Shown in pieces: positions 20,363 through 30,459 of a stretch of 64,000 nt of DNA. The notes below the pieces were generated by a model. That model saw only the letters and a program-made list of their open reading frames with translations, ran no database searches and had not been told where the DNA came from. Source of the stretch: Promethearchaeota archaeon Loki_b31 (GTDB taxonomy: Archaea; Asgardarchaeota; Lokiarchaeia; Sigyniarchaeales; SOKP01); contig NJBI01000007.1 in assembly GCA_005222975.1 (NCBI GenBank), positions 23,752 to 87,751 on the forward strand, read 5' to 3'. The position numbers and the translations under genes are program-made. Position 1 is the first letter of the stretch. Each line of letters opens with the position of its first letter.

Positions 20363-21748
20363 TTATAGTTTCGAAATTATTTTAGATAAATCGTTTATCA
20401 TTTTTACTGATTTGCTCTTATCTTCTGACTCTGCTGATAACAAGATTGCATTTCTGTTTAAAGCTACTTTAATGTTTACGTACACGCCTTCACCAATTAT
20501 TTTTAACTCATTTATGATATCTTGGTACTTTAATTCGTGTTCATCGACGAATTCAATTAACCTATTATGAATTGTTTCTATGATTTCTGCTGAAACGGGT
20601 ATTGTTTTATTAACTTTTATCCCATTAGGAAAACCAATTGTAAGGGAACTAATTAAATCTTTTTGCTCTGCCATTATTTCAAGAATTTTAAGTAAGATAT
20701 AATTAGCATCTGAAAAAGGTGCATAATGTGGAAAATAAAATTTCAAAGATTCAGAGGCGGCAAGACAAGCTCTCTCTTGTCTAATTTGCCTTGAAAGCTC
20801 TCCGGGATAATTCTCTACAAGTTTAGTTGGATGTCCACTTTCTTCTATATAACTTTTAACGACGGGAGAAATCGAGGGAGTTAGAATAACCGTACTATTT
20901 CTAGATTTTTGAATTCTCTTATCAAATGCGATAAATAACATTAACAAATTTTCATAGCTAATTTCTAATCCATTTTCATCCACTACTAATATCCTTGATC
21001 CATCGACGTCAAAACACACACCTAAATGGCTATTTGAGGCTTTTACGATGTCCGCAGTATTTTTTATGGTATTTATACTTGGTACGGGTACTAAAGATCT
21101 TTCCCGGTAATGAGTGTTTAGCGCAATTACTTCAACTCCTATCTCGTTAATTAATATTGGAGTAATATTTCCAGTTGGACTAAATGAGCAATCAACTACT
21201 ATCTTTAAACGCGCTTCTTTTATTATTTTTTTATTAACAAATTGTTCTAATGATTTAATGTACACATCTTGAGTTTGAGGGATCGCAATTATGCGCCCTA
21301 TCCTTCGTGGTTCTGCCCGCCTAATTTGCGCGGGGAAATTACGGTATGAATCAATGATTTTTTTTATTTCGACAAGGGATAACTCAATTCCTCCAGCGTC
21401 TACAAATCTAATACCCACATCTTCGCTATATAGATGTCCTCCTGAAAAATATGCCCCTCCACTTGCGCCAAATCTTCTAATCGTAAATTCTAATAAAGGA
21501 AATGTGCAATTGGACAGATTTAAAACATTTACTCCCGTACTCATAACACCCGAAGTATAAGCTCTTTTTAACATGCGGCTGTCGTTATGGTAATCGCGTC
21601 CAATTACGATTGTTTCATCTAATTGAAATGAACTTCCATGAATAGATCCAATAGAGCTGGCTATTTCAGGAGTAAATATATAGTTTGCTCTTCCTACAAT
21701 TCGTCCGTTTTTGTTCAATTCATCTAGATTTTGGACGCGCGCACACAT
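20363..21748 (-). CDS. phosphohexomutase (PMM/PGM)-fold protein with degenerate active site
   Basis: GRAN..TPE, IGRD..SRML, VVDC, DVDGSR; catalytic TASHN replaced by SGGHL. Confidence 0.85.
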   Translation of the reverse strand: MCARVQNLDELNKNGRIVGRANYIFTPEIASSIGSIHGSSFQLDETIVIGRDYHNDSRMLKRAYTSGVMSTGVNVLNLSNCTFPLLEFTIRRFGASGGAYFSGGHLYSEDVGIRFVDAGGIELSLVEIKKIIDSYRNFPAQIRRAEPRRIGRIIAIPQTQDVYIKSLEQFVNKKIIKEARLKIVVDCSFSPTGNITPILINEIGVEVIALNTHYRERSLVPVPSINTIKNTADIVKASNSHLGVCFDVDGSRILVVDENGLEISYENLLMLFIAFDKRIQKSRNSTVILTPSISPVVKSYIEESGHPTKLVENYPGELSRQIRQERACLAASESLKFYFPHYAPFSDANYILLKILEIMAEQKDLISSLTIGFPNGIKVNKTIPVSAEIIETIHNRLIEFVDEHELKYQDIINELKIIGEGVYVNIKVALNRNAILLSAESEDKSKSVKMINDLSKIISKL

Positions 21749-22005
21749 TTCACATCATTATAATTTCGTATTAAAAAAACTAATTAAAAAACTAATTAAT
21801 ATAGCTAGTTTTGATTTAATAACTTTAACTGTTAAAAATTAGGAATGATTTATGTTATTAAATATTATCAAAAAATTAGTAATTTCGAAATAGTTAAACG
21901 CGATAATCACTCTCTTTTAGAATGAAATCTTTTAAAAACTGTTCATTAGATAATTAATATTAACAAAAAATAAAAAAAATTCTAAGGCAAAAAAGGGAAA
22001 TACCT

Positions 22006-25000
22006 ATGAAAATTTCGAGAGATGCAAGAAATAGACATGTATTTGATGAATTCAAATTTTCTGAAAATGGAAGTATTGAATTTGATGGTGATATACATTT
22101 AGTTAGATTATTTGTGCAGAAATTGAATCAAAAGAAAGACTTAGTGAATTATCCAGAAATGGCAATCCGAATAGGAGAATTTAACGGGATGGCATTAATA
22201 TATGAAATTAAAAAATATTTGCTTGATTTGTACAAAGAAGAAACAAAGAATCCATCTTTAAACCGTGAACTTTTTGATTACTTGAAAAAAAGAATAGGGC
22301 CTCCTAAACTTAATAGTGCAATTTACTCATTAATCGATGAATTTCCTCCCGAAAGTATCTATCATCAAGAGAAAGTTGATATCGATCAATTCTTGAAAGA
22401 AAAAATCGATGGTGTTGAAAATGAAATCCAATTTGTCGAGGAATTTTTAAATCTTTGGCTTGGAAATATAAACCCTTCTTTCTCACCATACATTGAACTA
22501 TTTGATGATGGTTTGCTAGAAAAGAGGACGGTATACAGGGAAATAATTAACGAAACAAAGGAATTTTTCAATGGTAAATCTAAATTTGGTCCAAATAATC
22601 AAAATTTAATTGAAATGTTAAATGAGCCTACACTCAAATATCCACATTCAATTCGCGAACAATTAGAATATATACATGAACATTGGGGCGAAAAATTAGG
22701 GAAATATTTGTTTAGAATCTTGGTCGCCATCGATATTATACGAGAAGAAGAGATGTTAAGAGGATTAGGACCTGGTAAGTCAAAAGCTTATGAATACGAC
22801 ATAATGGAACTTGAAAATTACACTCGCGATAAAGAATGGATGCCTAAAGTTGTGATGATTGCTAAGAATGTTTATGTTTGGATGGACCAACTTTCAAAAA
22901 AGTATCAAAGATCTATAACAAAGCTATACGAAATACCAAATGAAGAATTAGATCAATTAAAGGAATGGGGGTTTACAGGACTTTGGCTTATTGGACTATG
23001 GGAAAGAAGTCAGGCATCAAAAACAATTAAACGTTGGTGTGGCAATCCAGAAGCAGAAGCTAGCGCTTATTCAACATACGATTATGCAATCGCGCATGAC
23101 TTAGGTGGTTATGAATCCTATAAAAATTTAAGAGATAGAGCAATGGCGAGGGGTATTCGTCTTGCTTGTGATATGGTTCCAAACCATACGGGCATCGTTT
23201 CAAAATGGATAATAGAACATCCTGATTGGTACATTTCTTTACACTATCCTCCATTTCCTTCTTATAGTTTTTCAGGAGAAAATTTATCTGGTGATCCTAA
23301 TAAAGGGATATTTTTAGAAGACAAATATTTTTCTAGAACTGATGCTGCGGTTACATTTAAACATGTAGACTTTAAAACGGGAGAAGATAAATATATTTAC
23401 CACGGAAATGATGGAACTAGTTTTCCATGGAATGATACTGCTCAATTAAACTTTTTAAAGCCTGAAGTGAGAGAGGCTGTTATACAAACTATACTTCATG
23501 TTTCCAGAATGTTTCCAATTATTCGTTTTGATGCTGCTATGACACTTACGAGAAAGCATTATCAACGATTATGGTTTCCAGAACCGGGAACTGGAGGAGC
23601 TATTCCTTCAAGAGCTGAACAAGGTATATCAAAAGAAGATTTCTATAAAGAAATGCCGAAGGAGTTTTGGCGTGAAGTTGTAGATAGGATCAATAAAGAA
23701 AATCCAGACACTTTACTTTTAGCAGAAGCATTTTGGTTGCTTGAAGGATTCTTTGTGAGAACTCTAGGAATGCATCGTGTATATAATTCTGCCTTTATGA
23801 ATATGCTTCGCGACGAAGATAACGCTATGTACCGATTAGTCTTAAAAAACACTTTAGAATTTGATCCTGAAATTCTTAAACGATTTGTTAATTTCATGAA
23901 TAATCCAGATGAAGAAACTGCTATTAAACAATTTGGAGATGGAGGTAAATATTTCGGCGTTTGCTTAATGCTCATAACTATGCCTGGCTTACCCATGTTT
24001 GGACACGGTCAAATAGAAGGATTTCATGAAAAATACGGCATGGAATATAGACGTGCTTACTGGGATGAAACGGTTAATTCGGGCTTACTTCAACGGCACG
24101 AAGACATAATTTTTCCTATAATGAAGAAACGCTACATTTTTGCTAGTGTGAATAATTTTTTATTATATGATTTTTGGAGTGGTAATGTGGTTAATGAAGA
24201 TGTATTTGCTTACTCAAACAGAGTTAATAATGAACGAGCTTTGGTTATTTATCATAATAAGTTCGCTGAAACAAAAGGTTTTATTAGAAATTCTGTTGGA
24301 TTTGCTGATAAGCTAACAGAAGATAAAGTTATAATTCAAAAAACTTTAATAGACGGTTTAGGTTTACCTAAAGAGGAATATTGCATCTTTAAAGATTATT
24401 TAACTGGGTTAGAATATATTAGACGAAATAGAGACCTACACGAACAAGGAATGTATTTAGAGCTTCAAGCATATCAATTGTTTTTATTTATGGATTTCCA
24501 AACAGTCCAAGATAATGAATTTTTTCATTATGCTCAATTGCATGATTTATTAGGGGGAAAAGGAGTTTATAATATTAATGAAACTCTGCACGAGATAATC
24601 TATCAACCATTACACGAGAAATTTAGAGAAATAGTTAATACACCTAATTTTAAAAATTTATTAAACCCTAAAAAAGCAGAACAGGTAGTAGAAGCTATTA
24701 GCGATAAATTAAATCCATTTTTAAAAGAAGTTAAAAACTACTCTTCGAGTAAAAAAGATGTTACAAGAGTTAAAAAAGAAATAGTTGAAAAATTAAAAGT
24801 AATATCAAGATTGGAACAAAATTTAAAGCATATAAAAAATAACCAGGAATTAACACATATTTATGAGAAAATACTTCCTAATTCTAAATTTGAATGGGGG
24901 ATACTCTTATCTTGGCTATTTATTCACCAATTAGGAAGGGTAGTTTCAGATAAGAATTATGAACTGCAAAGTCGTAGTTGGTTTGACGAATGGAGGCTCT

Positions 25001-25416
25001 CCAAATATATTAAAAATATCCTAGAAGAGTTATCCATAAAAGAAGAAGAGAAAACGCAAGATGGAATTTCTATTATTAAACTAATGGTAACTCTACAAAA
25101 CTGGTCTGCTTCAAATAAATATACCGAAACAAACTTATATTCCATCTTTCAATCATTTTTCAGCGAGCCTGAAGTACAACAATATTTAAATGTCAATAGA
25201 TATCACAATCTTTTATGGTTTAGCGCAGAATTGTTCGACACATTCGTCAGATGGATGTTTTTAATTGCTGTAATAGATAGGCTAGCCCAATCTAAAGAAA
25301 GTGCGGTTAATGAAATAAAAGCGTTACTAGAAGACTATCAAAAACTTATAAAAATCGCGAAAACCTCGAAATATCAAGTTAATAAGTTTCTAGAATGTCT
25401 ACAAAGTTTATCATAG
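22006..25416 (+). CDS. large GH13 alpha-amylase-family glycoside hydrolase/transferase
   Basis: DMVPNH, WNDTAQL, RFDAAM (nucleophile), LAEAFW (acid/base), NNPDE; long N- and C-terminal extensions. Confidence 0.9.
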   Translation: MKISRDARNRHVFDEFKFSENGSIEFDGDIHLVRLFVQKLNQKKDLVNYPEMAIRIGEFNGMALIYEIKKYLLDLYKEETKNPSLNRELFDYLKKRIGPPKLNSAIYSLIDEFPPESIYHQEKVDIDQFLKEKIDGVENEIQFVEEFLNLWLGNINPSFSPYIELFDDGLLEKRTVYREIINETKEFFNGKSKFGPNNQNLIEMLNEPTLKYPHSIREQLEYIHEHWGEKLGKYLFRILVAIDIIREEEMLRGLGPGKSKAYEYDIMELENYTRDKEWMPKVVMIAKNVYVWMDQLSKKYQRSITKLYEIPNEELDQLKEWGFTGLWLIGLWERSQASKTIKRWCGNPEAEASAYSTYDYAIAHDLGGYESYKNLRDRAMARGIRLACDMVPNHTGIVSKWIIEHPDWYISLHYPPFPSYSFSGENLSGDPNKGIFLEDKYFSRTDAAVTFKHVDFKTGEDKYIYHGNDGTSFPWNDTAQLNFLKPEVREAVIQTILHVSRMFPIIRFDAAMTLTRKHYQRLWFPEPGTGGAIPSRAEQGISKEDFYKEMPKEFWREVVDRINKENPDTLLLAEAFWLLEGFFVRTLGMHRVYNSAFMNMLRDEDNAMYRLVLKNTLEFDPEILKRFVNFMNNPDEETAIKQFGDGGKYFGVCLMLITMPGLPMFGHGQIEGFHEKYGMEYRRAYWDETVNSGLLQRHEDIIFPIMKKRYIFASVNNFLLYDFWSGNVVNEDVFAYSNRVNNERALVIYHNKFAETKGFIRNSVGFADKLTEDKVIIQKTLIDGLGLPKEEYCIFKDYLTGLEYIRRNRDLHEQGMYLELQAYQLFLFMDFQTVQDNEFFHYAQLHDLLGGKGVYNINETLHEIIYQPLHEKFREIVNTPNFKNLLNPKKAEQVVEAISDKLNPFLKEVKNYSSSKKDVTRVKKEIVEKLKVISRLEQNLKHIKNNQELTHIYEKILPNSKFEWGILLSWLFIHQLGRVVSDKNYELQSRSWFDEWRLSKYIKNILEELSIKEEEKTQDGISIIKLMVTLQNWSASNKYTETNLYSIFQSFFSEPEVQQYLNVNRYHNLLWFSAELFDTFVRWMFLIAVIDRLAQSKESAVNEIKALLEDYQKLIKIAKTSKYQVNKFLECLQSLS

Positions 25417-25438
25417 AAGTCTTTACTTTATGTATAAT

Positions 25439-25891
25439 CTAGAAAGGAGTAAATAGATAAAAACCTTCAGTAAACCACACTCCAAGGAAAAAATATATGC
25501 TTACATATATAATTACCATTATTACTCTTTCACTTATCATCACAATAATAGCTACTACTAAAGAACCCCAATATTCTTTCTCATAAAAAGAATGCACGAT
25601 AAAAATTCCAATTATTACATTTATTATGAAAATTAATAAACCAATTATTAGATAAATTGAAGTTATCTCATCCATAGTCAAACTTAATCCAATAAAGAGA
25701 GGAGGTGCGATGAAAATAATTAACAAGCTTATAACAACTAAGAAGATTATCCATACTAAATTAACTAGAAACCCCCTTCTAAAAGAGCTTTCCCATTTTA
25801 GCTTTATCGCAAGCCAGTTAGTATACAGTGCTCTTAAAATTAATATTATTATTAAAATTACGATATCTACAAGAATACTAATAGGGTCCAT
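25439..25891 (-). CDS. 4-TM membrane protein (tandem paralog 1)
   Basis: Hydrophobic; LVNLVW and FYEK motifs shared with next ORF. Confidence 0.75.
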   Translation of the reverse strand: MDPISILVDIVILIIILILRALYTNWLAIKLKWESSFRRGFLVNLVWIIFLVVISLLIIFIAPPLFIGLSLTMDEITSIYLIIGLLIFIINVIIGIFIVHSFYEKEYWGSLVVAIIVMISERVIMVIIYVSIYFFLGVWFTEGFYLFTPF

Positions 25892-25943
25892 AATCTCATA
25901 CCTTTATTGATTTTTAATTTTGCTTAATTTTAATTATTTGTAG

Positions 25944-26405
25944 TTAATTGAATTGAAAAACATAAAATGAAATAATTTCCTCTGTTGTTAAAATAAGAAT
26001 AATGCTTAATACATTAGCCACTATAATTCGAATGAAAACCTGGATCGAAATTACAGCTAAAGTTATAAAAATCGAGTCTTTATGACCACTTTTGTAAAAA
26101 ACCTTGATTAGCAGTGCGATAACTATAAAATTTATAATTAACACCACTACCGAAATGATAACGTTAACAAATGCAATTAAGTTCAAATCTGCGCCAATAG
26201 AATTTAAATAATTCAATATCAAACCGATCAAAAAACTTAAAACAAAGAACATAATTAAAAACCAGATCACATTAACTAATATTGCAGTTTTATATGGTTT
26301 ACGATACTCGAATTTGTCTGTAAAAAATTTAGTTAAAAAAATACCTCCAAAAAGGATTATATAACCAAAAATAGCATTTATAGTAATAAAAATTATATCT
26401 GACAT
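25944..26405 (-). CDS. 4-TM membrane protein (tandem paralog 2)
   Basis: Hydrophobic; LVNVIW and FYKS motifs; same length and topology as previous ORF. Confidence 0.75.
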   Translation of the reverse strand: MSDIIFITINAIFGYIILFGGIFLTKFFTDKFEYRKPYKTAILVNVIWFLIMFFVLSFLIGLILNYLNSIGADLNLIAFVNVIISVVVLIINFIVIALLIKVFYKSGHKDSIFITLAVISIQVFIRIIVANVLSIILILTTEEIISFYVFQFN

Positions 26406-26578
26406 AAATTTATGAATGACTTGTATGAGTTATTTGAATTCTCTTCTTTAAGTAAATATAAAATCATTTATAAAGATTTCCTTAATCAAATCACGAAAAA
26501 AAACCCATTAAATTCCCCATAACCTTTTAATGAATTATTTTTGAGTTATAATTCTTATTAAATAAAAATAGGCATACT

Positions 26579-26649
26579 TTTAATTATACATTAATACCAA
26601 GATCAAGTGTTTTATCTCGGATTTGATTGTCATCACTTATTTTGCTATT
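26579..26649. repeat. 71-bp direct repeat, copy A: orphan duplicate of the 3' end of the nucleotidyltransferase gene
   Basis: 66/71 identical to 27907..27977; minus strand reads NSKISDDNQIRDKTLDLGINV*. Confidence 0.95.
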
Positions 26650-26674
26650 AGTACCTTGAACAGATTACTATTTT

Positions 26675-27874
26675 TTATAACGATAAAATAATTCTATTTT
26701 GAGCTTTTAACATATCCTCCATAATTAGTTCCATAGCGTCTTTAATATCTGGCACACTATCTGGAATACTTCTCTTAGCATTGATACTTGCCATTAACAC
26801 TTCGTTTAGTCCTCGTAGAATCATATCTGGGGAATACCAAGGTCTTTTAGAGGCCCACCATTGCTGACACGAATGGATCCCTCGATCTAATAAATTTCTC
26901 GCATTGTCAAAAATTGATTTTTTTTCATCATCCATGCTATTTCGATATTTATACGATAAATGGATTAAAGTCAGAGCATACATAAAAAACCGGTGTTGTT
27001 CAAAGTGAATTTCATTATTAGGATCAAACCAAAGAGGAAAAGGAACATCATGAGCTAAATCATAAGGCATAGTTGACCAAGAAGATGCTCGTGGATTCTG
27101 TATATTGATTTTAGGGAACTTATCTATGATTTCTGAAACATTACATAACTTAACATCATTGCGATGAGGAAGAGCATCAAAAAGGGGTATTAAAAAGTTT
27201 TTTATAGCATGTTTTACATGGTGTCCAAAAGTTTCTCCATCCATTGCTAGAATAACATAATAATCCTCTGAAGTATGTTTGTAATATAATCGATTTATAA
27301 ACTCATCAACAGTATTAATTTTATCAAATGCACAATCAATAGAGATATAATCATCTCTAAATATTAAATTTAAATTGTTAGGATGCTGTGATATAAAAGT
27401 TGTAGGAAATTCGGGTAAAATATTTGCTATACCACTCATAATGATCCAATCATAACCCATTTCTTCTACAACCGAAAATACCTCTTCAGAAACAGCCATT
27501 TCAGGAGGAAAAAAACCTCTCGGTTTAAATAATTCTCCAAAAAATTTTTGATTCGTTTCATAATTTAATTCAATTTGTCGTCTAATTTCTGGCGATGGAA
27601 TAAGCGGTAATAGAGGATGGAATTTTCCAGAACCAGTAAATTCTACTTGACCTCTAGATGCAAGTGTTGTTAGCTCTTCTATGATATCCATATATCCAAA
27701 ATCATTTAATTGTTCAGTCAAAGTACCATTAATATTCAAAGTTATTTTCGCATAGGGATGATTTCTTAAAGCTTCAATTATTGGTCTGTAAGATTCATTT
27801 GCAATTTGTTTGATTACAAAGGGTATTTGCACTGGTGGTTGATAAATATGAAATAAAAACGCAAAATAAATAAT
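26675..27874 (-). CDS. GH57 family glycoside hydrolase (short form)
   Basis: FHIYQPP (upstream of the track's GTG), EFTGSGKFHPLLPLI, GFFPPEMA (nucleophile Glu), AMDGETFGHH (acid/base Asp), SSW, HSCQQWW. Confidence 0.9.
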   Translation of the reverse strand: MIYFAFLFHIYQPPVQIPFVIKQIANESYRPIIEALRNHPYAKITLNINGTLTEQLNDFGYMDIIEELTTLASRGQVEFTGSGKFHPLLPLIPSPEIRRQIELNYETNQKFFGELFKPRGFFPPEMAVSEEVFSVVEEMGYDWIIMSGIANILPEFPTTFISQHPNNLNLIFRDDYISIDCAFDKINTVDEFINRLYYKHTSEDYYVILAMDGETFGHHVKHAIKNFLIPLFDALPHRNDVKLCNVSEIIDKFPKINIQNPRASSWSTMPYDLAHDVPFPLWFDPNNEIHFEQHRFFMYALTLIHLSYKYRNSMDDEKKSIFDNARNLLDRGIHSCQQWWASKRPWYSPDMILRGLNEVLMASINAKRSIPDSVPDIKDAMELIMEDMLKAQNRIILSL

Positions 27875-27906
27875 AAATTAATCTCCCTTTTTTTATTTTT
27901 ATTTAG

Positions 27907-27977
27907 TTTAATTATATATTAGTACCAAGATCAAGAGTTTTATCTCGGATTTGATTATCATCACTAATTTTGCTATT
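27907..27977. repeat. 71-bp direct repeat, copy B: actual 3' end of the nucleotidyltransferase gene
   Basis: Matches 26579..26649; encodes NSKISDDNQIRDKTLDLGTNI*. Confidence 0.95.
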
Positions 27978-29060
27978 TGGGGCAACTATCGCGTTATGGA
28001 GAACAACATTATCGCCTATGTCACAATTATTACAAACGATCGAACTATCAATATGACAACCAGCTCCGATATTTACATTGTCCCAGATAACGCTTTTCTC
28101 GATTACCGTATCCTCTCCGATTTGGACATGGGCTCCAATTGAACATAACGGTTTTATTTTTACTCGATTATGTAATTCTACAAATTCCCCAAAACAAGAC
28201 GGTTTTTCGATAGATACATTTTGTCCCGAATTAATAACGCCCACTACATAAATTCCATCGTATTCCTCACCATTTGGGGTGATCGGCCACGAATATTTAC
28301 GTAATAAGTCCCAATTTGCCCACAGATAAGTTTGAGCGTTTCCACAGTCAAGCCAATAATAATTTTTAACAAATCCATATAAATCGTAATTATTATCGAG
28401 GAGATAAGGGAAAACTTCCCCCCCAAAATCCATTAAGCCCGTTTCTTGTAAGATACTACCAATCTCTTTATTAAAACAATAAATTCCTGTATTTATTATG
28501 TTTGTATGTAAAAATAAATCGGTTCTTTGAGCCATACTACTTAAATACAGTTCCATAGGAGCAGGTTTTTCTAAGAAGAGATAAATTTTTCTATTTTGAT
28601 CGAGAAGCACAACTCCATATTGACTCGTATGACTTTCGCTGGTTTTCATGGAAATAGTAGCAGTTCCCATTTTTTCCGAGTGGAAATCCATAAACGCCTT
28701 CATTGGGAGATTTGTTACGATATCTGCCATGCTAACAACAATCTTTTCGGAATCAATATTATCAGTTAATAATCGGTAAGCGTCGGCCGTACCCTTACTC
28801 TCTTGAATTACGCATTCAAGTTCAACATCTCCCAACTTATCGGGGGTCCATATTTTTTCTACATATTCTTTTAATTCTTGACCCATATAAGCTAAAGCAA
28901 GAATTATGTGCTTAATATCCGCAAATATTAAGTGAGCAATAGAATAATCCACCATAGCTTTATTAGTTACTTTTACAAGCGGTTTTGGAATGAGTGATGT
29001 TAAAGGCATCAACCTCGACCCCTTTCCTCCAGCTAATATTATGGCAGACCATTCTCGCAT
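27912..29060 (-). CDS. sugar-1-phosphate nucleotidyltransferase (NDP-sugar synthase) with C-terminal left-handed beta-helix
   Basis: ILAGGKGSRLMPLT..PKPL, GTAD, YGVV, FLEKP, INTGIY, YWLDCG; hexapeptide repeats. Confidence 0.92.
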   Translation of the reverse strand: MREWSAIILAGGKGSRLMPLTSLIPKPLVKVTNKAMVDYSIAHLIFADIKHIILALAYMGQELKEYVEKIWTPDKLGDVELECVIQESKGTADAYRLLTDNIDSEKIVVSMADIVTNLPMKAFMDFHSEKMGTATISMKTSESHTSQYGVVLLDQNRKIYLFLEKPAPMELYLSSMAQRTDLFLHTNIINTGIYCFNKEIGSILQETGLMDFGGEVFPYLLDNNYDLYGFVKNYYWLDCGNAQTYLWANWDLLRKYSWPITPNGEEYDGIYVVGVINSGQNVSIEKPSCFGEFVELHNRVKIKPLCSIGAHVQIGEDTVIEKSVIWDNVNIGAGCHIDSSIVCNNCDIGDNVVLHNAIVAPNSKISDDNQIRDKTLDLGTNI

Positions 29061-29208
29061 GTTGAATCTCTCACAAAATTACTCATTCATTATATGTTGA
29101 GTAATAGATATAAATCTAGTTTTAATTGAAATTTAAATATTGAGATTATTTACAAAAATGAATATTTGAGTTACTAAAGCAAAAGACAAGAATATGAAAT
29201 ATAGATTA

Positions 29209-30459
29209 TTATTGGTTTAGATATTTGTCTAACGATTTCCTAACTTCTGCTGCCGCTATATGGGGTAATTTTCTTGCAACTCTCATGTCATCTGCCATTT
29301 CTGCCCCACCAATAATTTCGTGTGGAATTATGTCAACAAACATATGGAAATCCGCATCATAACCATACGGACAACAGTTAAATAAAATATTTCGGTTCTT
29401 ATCAATTGAAGTATCATCTAAAGCTTGGAAGACCATCTTAATCGCGTTTGCAAAATCGTTGATTTGGTTTATTTTCAATTGAGTAAACCGTCTAATATGC
29501 TCGTGTGGATACGCGCGAATGTGATAATTTCTTACAGGACTTCCCGTTGTATAAAAAGTCCAAAATTCAGTCTTTAAAATTATCCGATCACTATCCCCAT
29601 GAGTGGTTTGACATAAACGACAATCATCCCCCATTTCTTTAAATGCTTCGAGGTATCCTTCTAATCGACTTCCATGACCATCCATGTTTAAATCGATATA
29701 TACCTGACCGTGAATACGAGGTTGAGAACCACCAACCTTAGTTCCTATGTTAAAAAACGGTGAAACGGGAATATCGTAATAGTCTTTCTCAATAGCTTCT
29801 TGGACACAATAGAGAATTGCCGCTTTCATAGATAAAAAAATACCAGCTAAAACATCTTCTGGAATTAAATTAAAACACAAGGCAGGATAAAAATGCCTTG
29901 AGAGCGTAACTAAATTAATGCCCCGTGAGAGCTTCAAATGAGAAGGCATATTGTCCTTAATCTCTTTTTCAATATCAGAATCCACTATTCGTGCCATAGA
30001 AGGGTATCTATTTATTAATGTCAGTGCTTTGCAGGAATCAGGAATTCGTTCTATTTGATGCGGTGTTTCTAAAAAAGGATCGTCTCTCTTTTTTTCGTCT
30101 TCAGTAATAATTATTGTAAAGCCATCACCAATCTGTTTCCCCCAATCATCGTATATTGGTTTTCCCTCTGTTACCGATGTAAAAACATCCTTATACTTGG
30201 ATTTTATTTTCCTTGAACAATCATAAAATTGGTTTTTCTCTTCTTCAGTTTTAAAACCTTTAGGTCTTTTTCCACGAATAGGGCTTAAATAAGCGTAATG
30301 ACCGTAGTATCTTATTCGTTCTTTTCTAAGGCCAAAATCCTTAGTTTGAATGATAACTGTAGATAAAGGGTCCCATCTCTTAATTGGTACATCATAGCTG
30401 GTTTTACCTTTAAAATTTTCCTTATTTATTATGCCCCATTCCATAAAATCGGGAAACAT
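29209..30459 (-). CDS. GalT/HIT-family nucleotidyltransferase (galactose-1-P uridylyltransferase or ADP-glucose phosphorylase-like)
   Basis: RGKRP, NRYP, FFNIG..VGGSQPRIHGQ, CRLC, FHMFVDIIP, GGAE; may start at ATT 30474. Confidence 0.8.
   Translation of the reverse strand: MFPDFMEWGIINKENFKGKTSYDVPIKRWDPLSTVIIQTKDFGLRKERIRYYGHYAYLSPIRGKRPKGFKTEEEKNQFYDCSRKIKSKYKDVFTSVTEGKPIYDDWGKQIGDGFTIIITEDEKKRDDPFLETPHQIERIPDSCKALTLINRYPSMARIVDSDIEKEIKDNMPSHLKLSRGINLVTLSRHFYPALCFNLIPEDVLAGIFLSMKAAILYCVQEAIEKDYYDIPVSPFFNIGTKVGGSQPRIHGQVYIDLNMDGHGSRLEGYLEAFKEMGDDCRLCQTTHGDSDRIILKTEFWTFYTTGSPVRNYHIRAYPHEHIRRFTQLKINQINDFANAIKMVFQALDDTSIDKNRNILFNCCPYGYDADFHMFVDIIPHEIIGGAEMADDMRVARKLPHIAAAEVRKSLDKYLNQ

Noticed and set aside
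21774-21799. AAAAAACTAATT tandem duplication upstream of the PMM-like gene
   Set aside because: Two low-complexity copies in AT-rich DNA; likely simple slippage.
22006-25416. Calling the GH13 protein GlgE
   Set aside because: Lacks the RVDNPHTKP nucleophile motif of GlgE; kept only as a hypothesis in findings.
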